A stretch of DNA of 64,000 bases from assembly GCA_049325595.1 (NCBI GenBank), contig JBMOLF010000010.1:192001-256000 (forward strand), written 5' to 3'. Below are positions 41,506 to 51,344 of the stretch, piece by piece. The position numbers and the translations under genes were made by a program. The notes below the pieces were generated by a model. The model was not told the DNA's origin. It did no database searches and saw only the letters and a program-made list of their open reading frames with translations. The stretch comes from Candidatus Babelota bacterium. Lineage in GTDB: Bacteria; Babelota; Babeliae; Babelales; Vermiphilaceae. The stretch's first letter is position 1; every line of letters begins with the position of its first letter.

Positions 41506-41959
41506 TAATTTATCATCAGCAGGAAAAAAAAGAAAACGTATTGGTCGCGGCGGTGAAAGAGGTGGTACCTCTGGACGTGGTGGCAAGGGACAAACAGCCC
41601 GTTCAGGTGGATCAACACGACCTGGATTTGAAGGTGGACAAACTCCATTATTCAGAAGATTGCCAAAACGTGGCTTTAATAACACAGAATTCAAAAAATG
41701 TGTTGTTACGGTTAATATAGATGCTCTTGATAAAGCTTTTGATAATGGAGCAACTGTTGATGCTAATGTACTTCTTGAAAAAGGTCTTATTAAAGTAAAA
41801 AAATGCCAAAATGGGGCTACAAGAAGATTTTTTGTTAAGGTTCTTGGTAATGGAACATTAACAAAAAAAATTACAATTGAAGCTGATGCATTTAGCCAAT
41901 CAGCAATCAAAGCTATTGAAAATTCTGGTGGACAGGTGAAATTAACTAAGGAGATGTGA
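41492..41959 (+). CDS. rplO: 50S ribosomal protein L15
   Basis: GFEGGQTPLFRRLPKRGF; ATG at 41492 after GGAGG, overlapping the end of rpsE. Confidence 0.98.
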   Translation: MLVLNNLSSAGKKRKRIGRGGERGGTSGRGGKGQTARSGGSTRPGFEGGQTPLFRRLPKRGFNNTEFKKCVVTVNIDALDKAFDNGATVDANVLLEKGLIKVKKCQNGATRRFFVKVLGNGTLTKKITIEADAFSQSAIKAIENSGGQVKLTKEM

Positions 41960-41963
41960 AGCA

Positions 41964-43277
41964 GTGGTTTCGTTTGCAAACTTTCTTAATATTTTTTCTA
42001 TAGCTGAGTTAAGAAAAAAAATCTTTATAACATTGGGGATGGTTTTGGTGTACCGTTTAGGTGCACACATCCCAGTTATTGGGATTGATGTAAGTGCTCT
42101 ACACCAATTTATGCAGCAAAAGTCTTTATTGGGTGGAATACTTAATTACATAGATCTTTTCTCAGGTGGTATGTTAAAAGAATGTACTCTATTTGCCCTT
42201 GGGGTTATGCCATATATAACGGCATCAATTATGATGCAATTGTTAAGCATGACAGTACCTTCTTTAGAGCAATTATCAAAAGAAGGTGAATATGGAAGAA
42301 AAATTCTTAATCAGTACACTCGGTATTTAGCTCTCGGAGTTAGTATAGTTCAAGGAATGAGCTATGCATTTGTACTTGAAAGAAATAATTTTGTAATCGA
42401 TCCGGGCTGGGCCTTTAGGTTTATGTTTATACTCTCATTGAGTGTTGGCTCGATGTTTGTTATGTGGCTTGGTGAACAAATTTCATTGTTTGGATTAGGT
42501 AACGGTAGTTCTATTATTATTTTCTCAGGTATAGTATCTCGTTTTCCTACCGATGTTTTATCCACGATTTATCAAGTTCAACAGGGCTTAGTAAGCGGTT
42601 TTGTGTCTTTAGCTGTTTTCTTATTCTTTATTCTTATTGCAGCATGCATAGTTTTTTTAGAAAAAGGCGAAAGAAAAATCCCTGTTCAGTATACCAGACG
42701 TGTGGTTGGGCAACGAGTCTATGGCGGACAAAGTACCTATATTCCGTTTAAAATAAATGTTCCTGGGGTTATGCCGGTTATTTTTGCAGGTGCCGTTCTT
42801 AACGTTCCGATGTTTTTATCGGTAATGCTTGCTGAAAAATTTGCTTTTTTCAAAATGATATCTGAAAGCATGGTGCCAACTGGATTGTTGTATAATGTGT
42901 TTGAATTTATTTTAATTATTTTCTTTTCATTCTTTTATACGGCTTTGGTTTATAATCCAGACGAATTAGCAGATAATATTAAGAAAAGTGGTGGATTTAT
43001 TCCTGGAATTAGACCTGGAAGAAAAACTTCTGAATTTTTCAATTACATACTAACAAGAATAGGGCTTGTAGGAGCTATTTACCTTGCAGTATTAGCATTA
43101 CTTCCTAATATTGTTCGTATGTTTGTAAATGTGCCTTTCAATATAGGCGGAACATCACTTCTTATTGTTGTTGGCGTGGCTATGGATATGGCAGCTCAGA
43201 TTGAATCATATCTGATAGAGCATCGTTATGAAGGTTTTTTAACATCTGGTAGATTAAAGGCAAGGGGCGCTCGTTGA
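41964..43277 (+). CDS. secY: preprotein translocase SecY
   Basis: LGVMPYITASI, GLGNGSS, FIPGIRPG, GGTSLLIVV. Confidence 0.99.
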   Translation: MVSFANFLNIFSIAELRKKIFITLGMVLVYRLGAHIPVIGIDVSALHQFMQQKSLLGGILNYIDLFSGGMLKECTLFALGVMPYITASIMMQLLSMTVPSLEQLSKEGEYGRKILNQYTRYLALGVSIVQGMSYAFVLERNNFVIDPGWAFRFMFILSLSVGSMFVMWLGEQISLFGLGNGSSIIIFSGIVSRFPTDVLSTIYQVQQGLVSGFVSLAVFLFFILIAACIVFLEKGERKIPVQYTRRVVGQRVYGGQSTYIPFKINVPGVMPVIFAGAVLNVPMFLSVMLAEKFAFFKMISESMVPTGLLYNVFEFILIIFFSFFYTALVYNPDELADNIKKSGGFIPGIRPGRKTSEFFNYILTRIGLVGAIYLAVLALLPNIVRMFVNVPFNIGGTSLLIVVGVAMDMAAQIESYLIEHRYEGFLTSGRLKARGAR

Positions 43278-43963
43278 TCAATAATTCTATAAAGAAAGTA
43301 TACATTTTTTTAGGCCCTCCAGGTTCAGGCAAAGGAACTTTGTCTAATTTATGTGTGAAGCATCTGGGTTGGAGTCAGCTTTCAACTGGTAATCTATGTA
43401 GAAAGCACATAGCTGAGCAAACAGAAATAGGAAAGCAGATAGATTTAGCTTTAAAATCTGGTAAACTTATTTCTGATGAGTTGATTACCGATATGGTAAA
43501 AAATTGGCTATTTGAAATTATTGATCATGTTGATTCGGTAATTTTAGATGGTTTTCCAAGAACTTTACCTCAAGCTCAAGCCTTTGGGGCTATAATTGCA
43601 GAAAAAGTGTCTACTATAAGTGCTAAAATTGTGAAATTTTCGATTGCAGACAATTTGGTTATTGACCGTATAGGCAGCAGATATGTTTGCAAGAACAAAA
43701 ACTGTCAAACAGTTTATTCGTTAGTAGAAAATTCAAATTTAGCGCCTAAAAGATCAATGATTTGCGACAATTGTGATTCAGAGCTTATGAGAAGAAGCGA
43801 TGATGCTGTTGAGACGATAACTGAGCGCTTGGTAACCTACCATAAGCATGAGCAGGCATTAATAGATTATTATCTGAAGACTGGTTTTTCTGTGATTGAT
43901 GTTAATGCTGAAAGATCTATCGATTGCTTATTTGAGGAATTTAAAAAAATAAATGGAGTTTAA
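43274..43963 (+). CDS. adk: adenylate kinase with zinc-binding LID
   Basis: GPPGSGKGT, LDGFPRT, Cys-rich LID; TTG start overlapping the secY stop. Confidence 0.96.
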   Translation: MINNSIKKVYIFLGPPGSGKGTLSNLCVKHLGWSQLSTGNLCRKHIAEQTEIGKQIDLALKSGKLISDELITDMVKNWLFEIIDHVDSVILDGFPRTLPQAQAFGAIIAEKVSTISAKIVKFSIADNLVIDRIGSRYVCKNKNCQTVYSLVENSNLAPKRSMICDNCDSELMRRSDDAVETITERLVTYHKHEQALIDYYLKTGFSVIDVNAERSIDCLFEEFKKINGV

Positions 43964-44727
43964 TGGTTATGATTACTATTAAAAATAAAGCTTCAATTGA
44001 AAAAATGTCTCGCGCAGGCATACTGTTGCTTGAAGTTTTTGATGCCATTAAACCCTTTATTAAGCCAGGCATAAGTACGGCTGAGATAGATTCAATTGCT
44101 GAAAATGAAATCAAAAAGCGCAATTTAGTTTCTAAATGCAAGGGCTATCATGGTTATAAACATGTTAGTTGTATTTCGGTAAATGATGAAGTTGTGCATG
44201 GAGTTCCTTCGGAAAGAAAAATATTGCGCAGCGGTGATCTAGTAAAAGTTGACATCTGTGTTTCGTGGAACGGTTATTGCGCTGATATGGCACGTCCTTA
44301 TGTTGTCGATGCTGTAGATGCTTCAACGATGAAATTTATTTCTGTAGCTCAGGAAGCGCTCAATAAAGGGATTGCTGCTGCTCGAGCTGGAAACCGTTTG
44401 ACTGATATATCTGCGGCGATTCAAAAGGAAGTTGAATCTCACGGTTATGGGGTAGTAAGAGATTTTGCTGGACATGGCATTGGAAAACATATGCATGAAG
44501 ATCCTGAAATTTTGAACTATGGAAAGCCTGGCCGAGGGCCAATTTTAAGGCCTGGTATGACATTTGCTATTGAACCTATGATTACTTTGGGGAAATATGA
44601 TGTGTTCATTACTGAGGATGGTTGGACGGTTAAAACAGCAGATAAAAGTTTAGCAATGCACGTTGAAGATACTGTTCTGATTACTGAAAGTGATCCAGTA
44701 ATTTTAACGCGACGTATAAATGAGTGA
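43963..44727 (+). CDS. map: type I methionine aminopeptidase
   Basis: [29 protein letters not shown]. Confidence 0.97.
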   Translation: MVMITIKNKASIEKMSRAGILLLEVFDAIKPFIKPGISTAEIDSIAENEIKKRNLVSKCKGYHGYKHVSCISVNDEVVHGVPSERKILRSGDLVKVDICVSWNGYCADMARPYVVDAVDASTMKFISVAQEALNKGIAAARAGNRLTDISAAIQKEVESHGYGVVRDFAGHGIGKHMHEDPEILNYGKPGRGPILRPGMTFAIEPMITLGKYDVFITEDGWTVKTADKSLAMHVEDTVLITESDPVILTRRINE

Positions 44728-44731
44728 GTTT

Positions 44732-44974
44732 ATGGCTAAAAAGCAAGAATATAAACAAAAAGAAGAAGTAATAAAAGTTGATGGTATTGTCAAAGAGACT
44801 TTGCCAAATGCTATGTTTCGTATTGAAATTGAGGGTGGCCATGAAGTTTTAGGGCATGTTTCTGGTAAAATGCGCATGCACTATATTAAAATTTTGCCGG
44901 GAGATAAAGTACAATTGGAGCTTTCTCCCTATGATTTAACTCGGGGAAGAATAATATTGAGATATAAATCATAA
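44732..44974 (+). CDS. infA: translation initiation factor IF-1
   Basis: [21 protein letters not shown]; start at 44732 or 44720. Confidence 0.97.
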   Translation: MAKKQEYKQKEEVIKVDGIVKETLPNAMFRIEIEGGHEVLGHVSGKMRMHYIKILPGDKVQLELSPYDLTRGRIILRYKS

Positions 44975-45005
44975 CATCATGTTGTTTCTCTAAGGGAAAG
45001 ATATT

Positions 45006-45122
45006 ATGAAAGTAAGAACATCAGTAAAACAAATCTGCACTAATTGTCGCGTTATTAAGCGTAAGGGTGTTGTGCGCGTTATTTGTCAGCGAAATGCCCG
45101 CCACAAGCAACGTCAGGGTTAG
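45006..45122 (+). CDS. rpmJ: 50S ribosomal protein L36 (absent from ORF track)
   Basis: Hand translation [38 protein letters not shown]. Confidence 0.98.
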   Translation: MKVRTSVKQICTNCRVIKRKGVVRVICQRNARHKQRQG

Positions 45123-45142
45123 TTCACACATAAGGATTAGGT

Positions 45143-45532
45143 ATGGCCAGAATTGAAGGTATAAATTTACCATCAAATAAAAGAATTGAGTATGGATTGA
45201 CTTATTTATTCGGCATCGGGTTAAAGTCATCTCAAGATATTTTACGCAAACTCGGTATCAATTTTGATAAGCGCGTTAAAGATTTAAGCAATGAAGAAAT
45301 TGCTTTAATTCAAAAAGAGGTTTCATCCAATTATGCAACTGAGGGTGAATTGCGTAAAGAAATTACTATGAACATTAAACGCTTGCAAGAAATTGGTTGC
45401 TATCGTGGGCTTCGTCATAAAAAGGGTCTTCCTGTTCGTGGTCAAAGAACTAAGACCAATGCTCGTACGAGAAAAGGTCCACGTAAAAAAGGCTCCGCTA
45501 TTGCGTTGAAGCGTAAAGTTTCTAAAAAATAA
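45143..45532 (+). CDS. rpsM: 30S ribosomal protein S13
   Basis: [23 protein letters not shown]. Confidence 0.99.
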   Translation: MARIEGINLPSNKRIEYGLTYLFGIGLKSSQDILRKLGINFDKRVKDLSNEEIALIQKEVSSNYATEGELRKEITMNIKRLQEIGCYRGLRHKKGLPVRGQRTKTNARTRKGPRKKGSAIALKRKVSKK

Positions 45533-45565
45533 TTGATGCTCATTTATAAGAGGTAAAATAAGCCA

Positions 45566-45949
45566 ATGGCATACAAGAAAAAAACAAAAAAAACCAAAGT
45601 TCAGGTTGATTCTGTAATTGCTCATGTTAAATCTACGTTTAATAATACTTTGGTATCAATTACTACGCTTGACGGAAATGTGCTATTGCGTGGAAGTGCT
45701 GGCCAAATGGGTTTTAAAGGAGCGCGCAAAGGAACTCCATTTGCTGCGGGCCAAGTTGGCAGTACTTTAGCAAAAGAAATGAACTTGATGGGAATCAAGA
45801 AAGTTGAAGTTAATCTTCAAGGGCCTGGATCTGGTAGAGATTCAGTTGTTCGCTCTTTGCAGGCATCAGGATTAGATGTTCAGGTGTTACGTGATGTTAC
45901 TCCGTTGCCTCATAATGGGTGCAGAGCTCCAAAAAAACGTCGTGTTTAA
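45566..45949 (+). CDS. rpsK: 30S ribosomal protein S11
   Basis: TFNNT, DVTPLPHNGCR. Confidence 0.99.
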   Translation: MAYKKKTKKTKVQVDSVIAHVKSTFNNTLVSITTLDGNVLLRGSAGQMGFKGARKGTPFAAGQVGSTLAKEMNLMGIKKVEVNLQGPGSGRDSVVRSLQASGLDVQVLRDVTPLPHNGCRAPKKRRV

Positions 45950-46000
45950 TAATACGTGTATTAAGTAACACATATTAAATTTATTGAATTTAAGGTTATT

Positions 46001-46549
46001 ATGGATAATAAAGTTGCAAAAGGCGGCGCTGATCAATCAACCAAGCGTTCACGTAAATTGTCAGAATATGGCAAACAATTAGAAGAGAAACAAAAAGTTA
46101 AGCATATGTACGGTCTCAGAGAACGTCAATTTAAGCGTTTTTTTGATATCGCAAATAAAATTGCTGAAGGTATGCCTGGCGAAAATTTATTAAGTTTGCT
46201 AGAGCGTAGACTTGATAATACTGTTTATCGTCTTAAATTGGCAAATACAAGATCCCAAGCTCGTCAAATAGTTGTGCATGGACATGTACTGGTAAACGGT
46301 AAGAAAGTTCATTCTCCATCTTATTTTGTAAAAATAAATGATGAAATTTCACTTGCGCCAAATGTAGTTGATAAACAAATTTTTCTTGAGCAAGTTGTAG
46401 ATAAACGTTTGAACATTGGTGTTAAAGTTCCTGATTGGCTTGAATTAAATAAAAAAGATCGTAAAGGTCGCGTATTGCGCAACCCAGTTCGTTCCGATAT
46501 TCAAACACCAATCGAAGAACATCTCATTGTTGAGTTGTATTCTAAGTAA
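46001..46549 (+). CDS. rpsD: 30S ribosomal protein S4 (N-terminally shortened)
   Basis: SEYGKQLEEKQK, LERRLDN, ARQIVVHGH, IVELYSK. Confidence 0.97.
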   Translation: MDNKVAKGGADQSTKRSRKLSEYGKQLEEKQKVKHMYGLRERQFKRFFDIANKIAEGMPGENLLSLLERRLDNTVYRLKLANTRSQARQIVVHGHVLVNGKKVHSPSYFVKINDEISLAPNVVDKQIFLEQVVDKRLNIGVKVPDWLELNKKDRKGRVLRNPVRSDIQTPIEEHLIVELYSK

Positions 46550-46598
46550 TTTGGGATAATGCGTTATCAGTAAAGTTAGTATAAGACCGTGAGGTTAC

Positions 46599-47639
46599 AT
46601 GGAAAAAAAACAGTTTAAACCGCTCATTGTACCCAAAATTAGTTGGAATAAAAAAGAGCTTACCAATACTTTTGGTGAGCTAATTGCCCAACCTTTGGAG
46701 CCAGGATTTGGTATTACACTTGGCAACGCCCTTAGAAGAATTCTATTGGGGGGTGTCGAAGGATCCGCGGTTACATCAGTAATTATTAAAGGCGTGAATA
46801 ATGAATTTGCGAGTGTTCATGGTGTTGAAGAAGATACTATGCAACTCGTTTTAAACATTAAAAATATTATAGTTCGTAATAAAAGTGGGTTACCTGGAAA
46901 AATGCACCTATTAGTAAAAGGTGAAGGGGTAGCTCGGGTTGCCGATATTAAAGCTGATGATCATCTTGAGTTAGTTAATACTGATCATGTGCTTGCTCAC
47001 ATTGCTTCAGATGGTGAGTTGGATATTGAATTTTTTGTGGAACCAGGTCGCGGTTATAAGGCTGCTCAATGGCCAGCTGATAAGGCTTTACAAGAAGATA
47101 ACAGAATTTATATCGATGCAATGTTTTCTCCGGTAAGAAAAGTTATGTTTGACGTAGAGAAAACACGTGTTGGTAAAGATATCGATTATGACAAGTTAAT
47201 CTTGCGTATTACTACTGATGGTTCTGAAAATCCATTGGATGTTCTTCATTATGCAGTTTCTGTATTGCGTAATCAATTAGAGCATTTCATGCATAGTGCT
47301 GAGATTCCATTTAATGAAATTTCTGCATTGCCAGACGAAGAGAAGAAAAAAGAACCAACCGAAACAGATAGTCTAGGTGGTGTTTCTGTTGAATTACTTG
47401 CTAAGCCAGTTGAAGAATTGGAACTTTCTGTTCGTGCTCATAATTGCTTAATTAATGCTGGTATTAAGAGAATTATTGATCTAGTAAACCTTAACGAAGA
47501 TGAAGTGTTGAAGATCAAAAATTTTGGTAGAAAATCACTTAATGAAGTTAAAGATAGCATGAAAGAGTTAGGTTTAACTTTTGGCATGAATATTAAAGAA
47601 GCTCAATTGAAAAAAGTACTTAAGACTGAAGAAGAATAA
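46599..47639 (+). CDS. rpoA: RNA polymerase alpha subunit
   Basis: PLEPGFGITLGNALRR, DAMFSPV, LSVRAHNCL, NFGRKS. Confidence 0.99.
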   Translation: MEKKQFKPLIVPKISWNKKELTNTFGELIAQPLEPGFGITLGNALRRILLGGVEGSAVTSVIIKGVNNEFASVHGVEEDTMQLVLNIKNIIVRNKSGLPGKMHLLVKGEGVARVADIKADDHLELVNTDHVLAHIASDGELDIEFFVEPGRGYKAAQWPADKALQEDNRIYIDAMFSPVRKVMFDVEKTRVGKDIDYDKLILRITTDGSENPLDVLHYAVSVLRNQLEHFMHSAEIPFNEISALPDEEKKKEPTETDSLGGVSVELLAKPVEELELSVRAHNCLINAGIKRIIDLVNLNEDEVLKIKNFGRKSLNEVKDSMKELGLTFGMNIKEAQLKKVLKTEEE

Positions 47640-47670
47640 TTGACTTGATCTTAACATACAGGTTTTAACC

Positions 47671-48027
47671 ATGAAACATCAAAGCGGCAAAGTAAAATTA
47701 AATTTGAAACCATCACATAAAAGATCGATGGTTCGTAATCAGGCTATTCACTTGATTACTTATGGACATTTAGTTTCTACCAAAGCAAATGTTAAAGAAG
47801 TTCAGCGTTTTACTGAAAAGCTTGTAACTATTGCACGTGAAGGAAATAATTTTAATGCGCGTCGTCGTGTTAAAGCATTATTGCCATATAAAGAAGAAGC
47901 TATTATTAAGCTCTTTAAAGAAATAGCGCCTAACTATGTATCGCGCCCAGGCGGCTATACCCGTGTAATTAATTTGGGTAGAAGAATTAGTGACACTGCT
48001 TTAATTGCAAGATTAGAGTGGGTATAA
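47671..48027 (+). CDS. rplQ: 50S ribosomal protein L17
   Basis: EKLVTIA, RPGGYTRV; follows rpoA. Confidence 0.97.
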   Translation: MKHQSGKVKLNLKPSHKRSMVRNQAIHLITYGHLVSTKANVKEVQRFTEKLVTIAREGNNFNARRRVKALLPYKEEAIIKLFKEIAPNYVSRPGGYTRVINLGRRISDTALIARLEWV

Positions 48028-48031
48028 TTTT

Positions 48032-48274
48032 ATGCCTGAATTAAATATGGTAGAGCAGATAGCTCAATTTATTGAAGAAATGAGACCAGCTATTAAAATG
48101 GATGGCGGCGATATTGAGTTTGTAAAATATGAAGAGGGTATTGTATATGTACGTTTAAAGGGTGCATGTGCTACCTGTCAGGCTTCAATGTATACCTTAA
48201 AATTAGGTGTTGAAGAAAGACTCAAAGAATTAGTGCCTGAAGTTATAGAAGTAGTAGCTATTGATCAAGAATAG
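48032..48274 (+). CDS. NifU/Nfu-like Fe-S cluster carrier domain protein
   Basis: RPAIKMDGGD, GACATC, TLKLGVE. Confidence 0.93.
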   Translation: MPELNMVEQIAQFIEEMRPAIKMDGGDIEFVKYEEGIVYVRLKGACATCQASMYTLKLGVEERLKELVPEVIEVVAIDQE

Positions 48275-48297
48275 CACTATATCTACCAAAAAAAATT

Positions 48298-48328
48298 AAA
48301 GTCGCATATTAACTATGCGACTTTTTTT
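48298..48328 (+). terminator. intrinsic terminator ending the ribosomal supercluster
   Basis: AAAGTCGCATA-TTAAC-TATGCGACTTT followed by a T tract. Confidence 0.88.
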
Positions 48329-48385
48329 ATTGGCAAAACAGATTTAAGAATATAAAATTATGTCTTAAATTTTTGAGTCCTATCA

Positions 48386-48535
48386 TTATAAATCTTTAGT
48401 AGCAGCATTTAATCCTACTGGCCAAATCCCATCCAATTCAGGGTTTGCACTTAAACCAATTGCGCCAATATGTTGATTGTCTTTTGTTATAATTAGTAAA
48501 TTACCGTCAAGTAATACAATACCAAGCGGGGCCAT
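48386..48535 (-). pseudogene. possible remnant of a GlcG/HbpS (DUF336) heme-binding protein C-terminus
   Basis: Hand translation MAPLGIVLLDGNLLIITKDNQHIGAIGLSANPELDGIWPVGLNAATKDL*; resembles the IGAIGVSG...D pattern. Confidence 0.35.
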
Positions 48536-48572
48536 TTATCAATGTGCTATTTCGTTGGTCTGGTGTTTATTT

Positions 48573-51278
48573 CTAATCTTGTTCAATTATCTGCACATAA
48601 CTACCGCGACTGTTTTTTTCAACAGTAAAATGTACAGGAAATTGATTTTTCATACCAGGTAAGTGTGAAACAATAATAATTTTTGCAAAATCTTCTTGTA
48701 TAGCATACAAAGCCTCCATGATATGCTGCAATCCATCTTCATCTTGAGAGCCAAAACCCTCATCTATTATAAGTGTTTGAAGCGCTGTTCCAGATCTTCG
48801 TGCTAATAATTTAGAAATAGCTATTCTTAGAGCAAAATCAATTCTAAAGGCCTCGCCACCTGAAAAAAGCTCATAAGCTCTTAATCCACTCGCATCGGAA
48901 ATTTTTATATCAAGTGTTTCTCGGGTACCGCCTTTTTTCAAATCGCGCAAAGACTCAATAAACAATTGTGTTTGATTGTCAGTTAATCGTGAAAGTAAGT
49001 GATTTGCTTCATATTCAATTTCAGGTAACACATCTTCAATTAATAATGCTTGAATGCCATCTTTACTAGTAGCTTGAGCAATTGCTTGATAATCATCGCA
49101 TGCCTGTTCAATTTCCTTAACTTTGTGTTGGATAGTAACTAACTCTTTTTGAAGTGTTGTTAAGCGTTCTGTTTTATGTACTAATCCAGCTTGAATTACT
49201 AGAAGTTCTTCTTTTTTTGTATATAATTCTTGTAAAACTTTTTCACATTCAATAAATCGGTTGTGAAGCTTAACTTCTTGTTTTGCTAAGAATTCGTAAT
49301 CAGGTAATTGTTGTTGAAGAAGTTGAATGCGACTTTTTAATTGTTTTAATTCTATTTTGTCGGCGTGAATGCGTGCTTTGCGATCTTGTTGCTCGGATAA
49401 CTGTTTTTGTGCTTCGTGAAGTAATTGCAGTTGTTTATCAAGTTCAGTCGCTTGTGCTTGAAGAGTTGCATGCTTTTGTTCATCATAGGCAAGAAGCTCT
49501 ATTTCATTTTTTTTATTTTGTTGTTCTTTAATAAGAGCTTGATAGATAGAATCATTTTCTAATATTGCACTGTTTTTTAAGCGAGTAATCTCTTTTTCAG
49601 ATTCCATTAATTCAGCATTTAGCTCTATTAGTTGTGCTTCCAGATTTTTGCGGGTATGTACATTGCCATCAATTTGTAATTGGAATTTCTCTTGTTGTTT
49701 TACTAATTCAGCTTGTTGGGCAATTGCAACGGCTATTGCTTGTTTATCTTTTTTTATTTGTTCATAATGGGCATGCTGCTCATACAATAAATCTTTTAAT
49801 TTTTTGGTAATTTTTATTAATCGATTCAAGCGATGACGAATAAATTGTTCTTCATGACTTAATTTTTTGTTGAGAAACCGTTTGCGCGAGGCTGAAAGGT
49901 TTTGTTCACATAAAGGGCAAGATGGAGCTTCATTGTCTGCTAATAAAAGCTTATGCTTGACAGCATCAAGATTATTTTTAGTCATATTACCTAACGCTAT
50001 CCATTTATGATAATATTCCTTCCTTTTTTCAAATTGATGTTCTATAAAGCTATGATTTTGATTCTGTATTTTTTCAAGAGAGTGTGCAAGTTGTTGATGC
50101 TGTTTTTCTAAGGTAGTTTTTTCTTGTTCTATTTTGGTACTTTGTGCAATTAATTCTTGTAGACTTTTCTTAAGAAGTTGTTTTTCTAACTGATTTTTCT
50201 CAATTTTATTTTTTACTTGATCAATAGCATTAGTATGCTGTGATGTGAGAGTAAGCTCAAGTTGCTGACACTTAGTCTTAATAATCAGCAATTCCTCACT
50301 TAATGAAAGTTTTTTTTGCCATTGTAATTGGAAGTTAATCAAAGAGCTATTTATTTCTTGTTTTTTGATTAATATCTCTTCAAGCTGTTTAATACTTTTA
50401 CGTCTACGATGCACAGTTCGCGAAAGATCTATCAAGTTAAGCCAAAGAGACTTCTTTTTTTGAAATTCAGATTGTAGCAGATCAATTTGGTATAAGACTT
50501 GTTGTTGTTCTTGTTTTTTTGTTTGAAAATCAGTTTTTTCTTGCTCTAAATGGAGTTGAGTAATTTTGATTTTTTCTAACGATGTTTGCGTTTCTTGTAA
50601 TGCCTTAGTGATACCTGCTTTTTCATCAAGAGCCGGCAGTAACAATTGTATTTCTTGGTTTATTTTTTCTTCAGTCGATGCAAGCGTGTTTTTTGCAAGA
50701 AGTAATGTTCGTGTTTTTTCTTGCGCTTTTTTTCTAATAATTTCGTAGGTATTAAGACCTAATATATTTGCTAAAATTTCTTTACGCTCTTTAGGTGATT
50801 TTTTTGAAAACTCATTTGATTGACCTTGTCGTAAAAAAGCTGAGTTGATGAATGAATCATAATCTAATTTAAGAGTATTTTCGATTTTAGCTTGGGTTTC
50901 ACGAATAGTCTTATCGGTCAAAGAAACATACTTTTCTGTTTCTGGTTCAAGAAGGCCAAAATCAAGTGATGCATGGGGTTTACCATATAAAAAAGAATAT
51001 TCACGTCTAACTCGATAGGTCTGCCTATTGCATTGAAAATCTAAGATCACCAGCATATTAGTTTGTCCAAGTCTTAAAAGACCCTGGTCTGCTTTGGCTA
51101 TACCCCCAATTTTTCGTGCTTGTCCCCAAATAGCCCACGTAATGGCGTCTAGTAATGCTGATTTGCCATGACCATTTTTCCCTGAAAGACAAATAAGTTG
51201 ATAGTGATTAAAATCAATAGTTTGTAGGTCAGAACCATAGCTCAAAAAGTTTTTGATTTGTAGACGTAACGGTATCAT
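48573..51278 (-). CDS. sbcC: SbcC/Rad50-family SMC-like ATPase
   Basis: NFLSY, GKNGHGKS, Q-loop LRQG, zinc hook CPLC, signature FSGGE, IIDEGFGSQD, SH. Confidence 0.92.
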   Translation of the reverse strand: MIPLRLQIKNFLSYGSDLQTIDFNHYQLICLSGKNGHGKSALLDAITWAIWGQARKIGGIAKADQGLLRLGQTNMLVILDFQCNRQTYRVRREYSFLYGKPHASLDFGLLEPETEKYVSLTDKTIRETQAKIENTLKLDYDSFINSAFLRQGQSNEFSKKSPKERKEILANILGLNTYEIIRKKAQEKTRTLLLAKNTLASTEEKINQEIQLLLPALDEKAGITKALQETQTSLEKIKITQLHLEQEKTDFQTKKQEQQQVLYQIDLLQSEFQKKKSLWLNLIDLSRTVHRRRKSIKQLEEILIKKQEINSSLINFQLQWQKKLSLSEELLIIKTKCQQLELTLTSQHTNAIDQVKNKIEKNQLEKQLLKKSLQELIAQSTKIEQEKTTLEKQHQQLAHSLEKIQNQNHSFIEHQFEKRKEYYHKWIALGNMTKNNLDAVKHKLLLADNEAPSCPLCEQNLSASRKRFLNKKLSHEEQFIRHRLNRLIKITKKLKDLLYEQHAHYEQIKKDKQAIAVAIAQQAELVKQQEKFQLQIDGNVHTRKNLEAQLIELNAELMESEKEITRLKNSAILENDSIYQALIKEQQNKKNEIELLAYDEQKHATLQAQATELDKQLQLLHEAQKQLSEQQDRKARIHADKIELKQLKSRIQLLQQQLPDYEFLAKQEVKLHNRFIECEKVLQELYTKKEELLVIQAGLVHKTERLTTLQKELVTIQHKVKEIEQACDDYQAIAQATSKDGIQALLIEDVLPEIEYEANHLLSRLTDNQTQLFIESLRDLKKGGTRETLDIKISDASGLRAYELFSGGEAFRIDFALRIAISKLLARRSGTALQTLIIDEGFGSQDEDGLQHIMEALYAIQEDFAKIIIVSHLPGMKNQFPVHFTVEKNSRGSYVQIIEQD

Positions 51279-51344
51279 GTATTTCCCCAGCTAAATATAT
51301 GCTACTAAACATAACACCTTTGGCTGGGGTTAGGAATAGTGAAA

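Noticed and set aside
42558..42566. DnaA-box-like TTATCCACG
   Set aside because: Single imperfect copy inside secY; no cluster indicating an origin
48477..48662. Plus-strand 61-aa ORF overlapping the sbcC end
   Set aside because: Downstream of a terminator, TTG start with no RBS, and overlaps sbcC antisense
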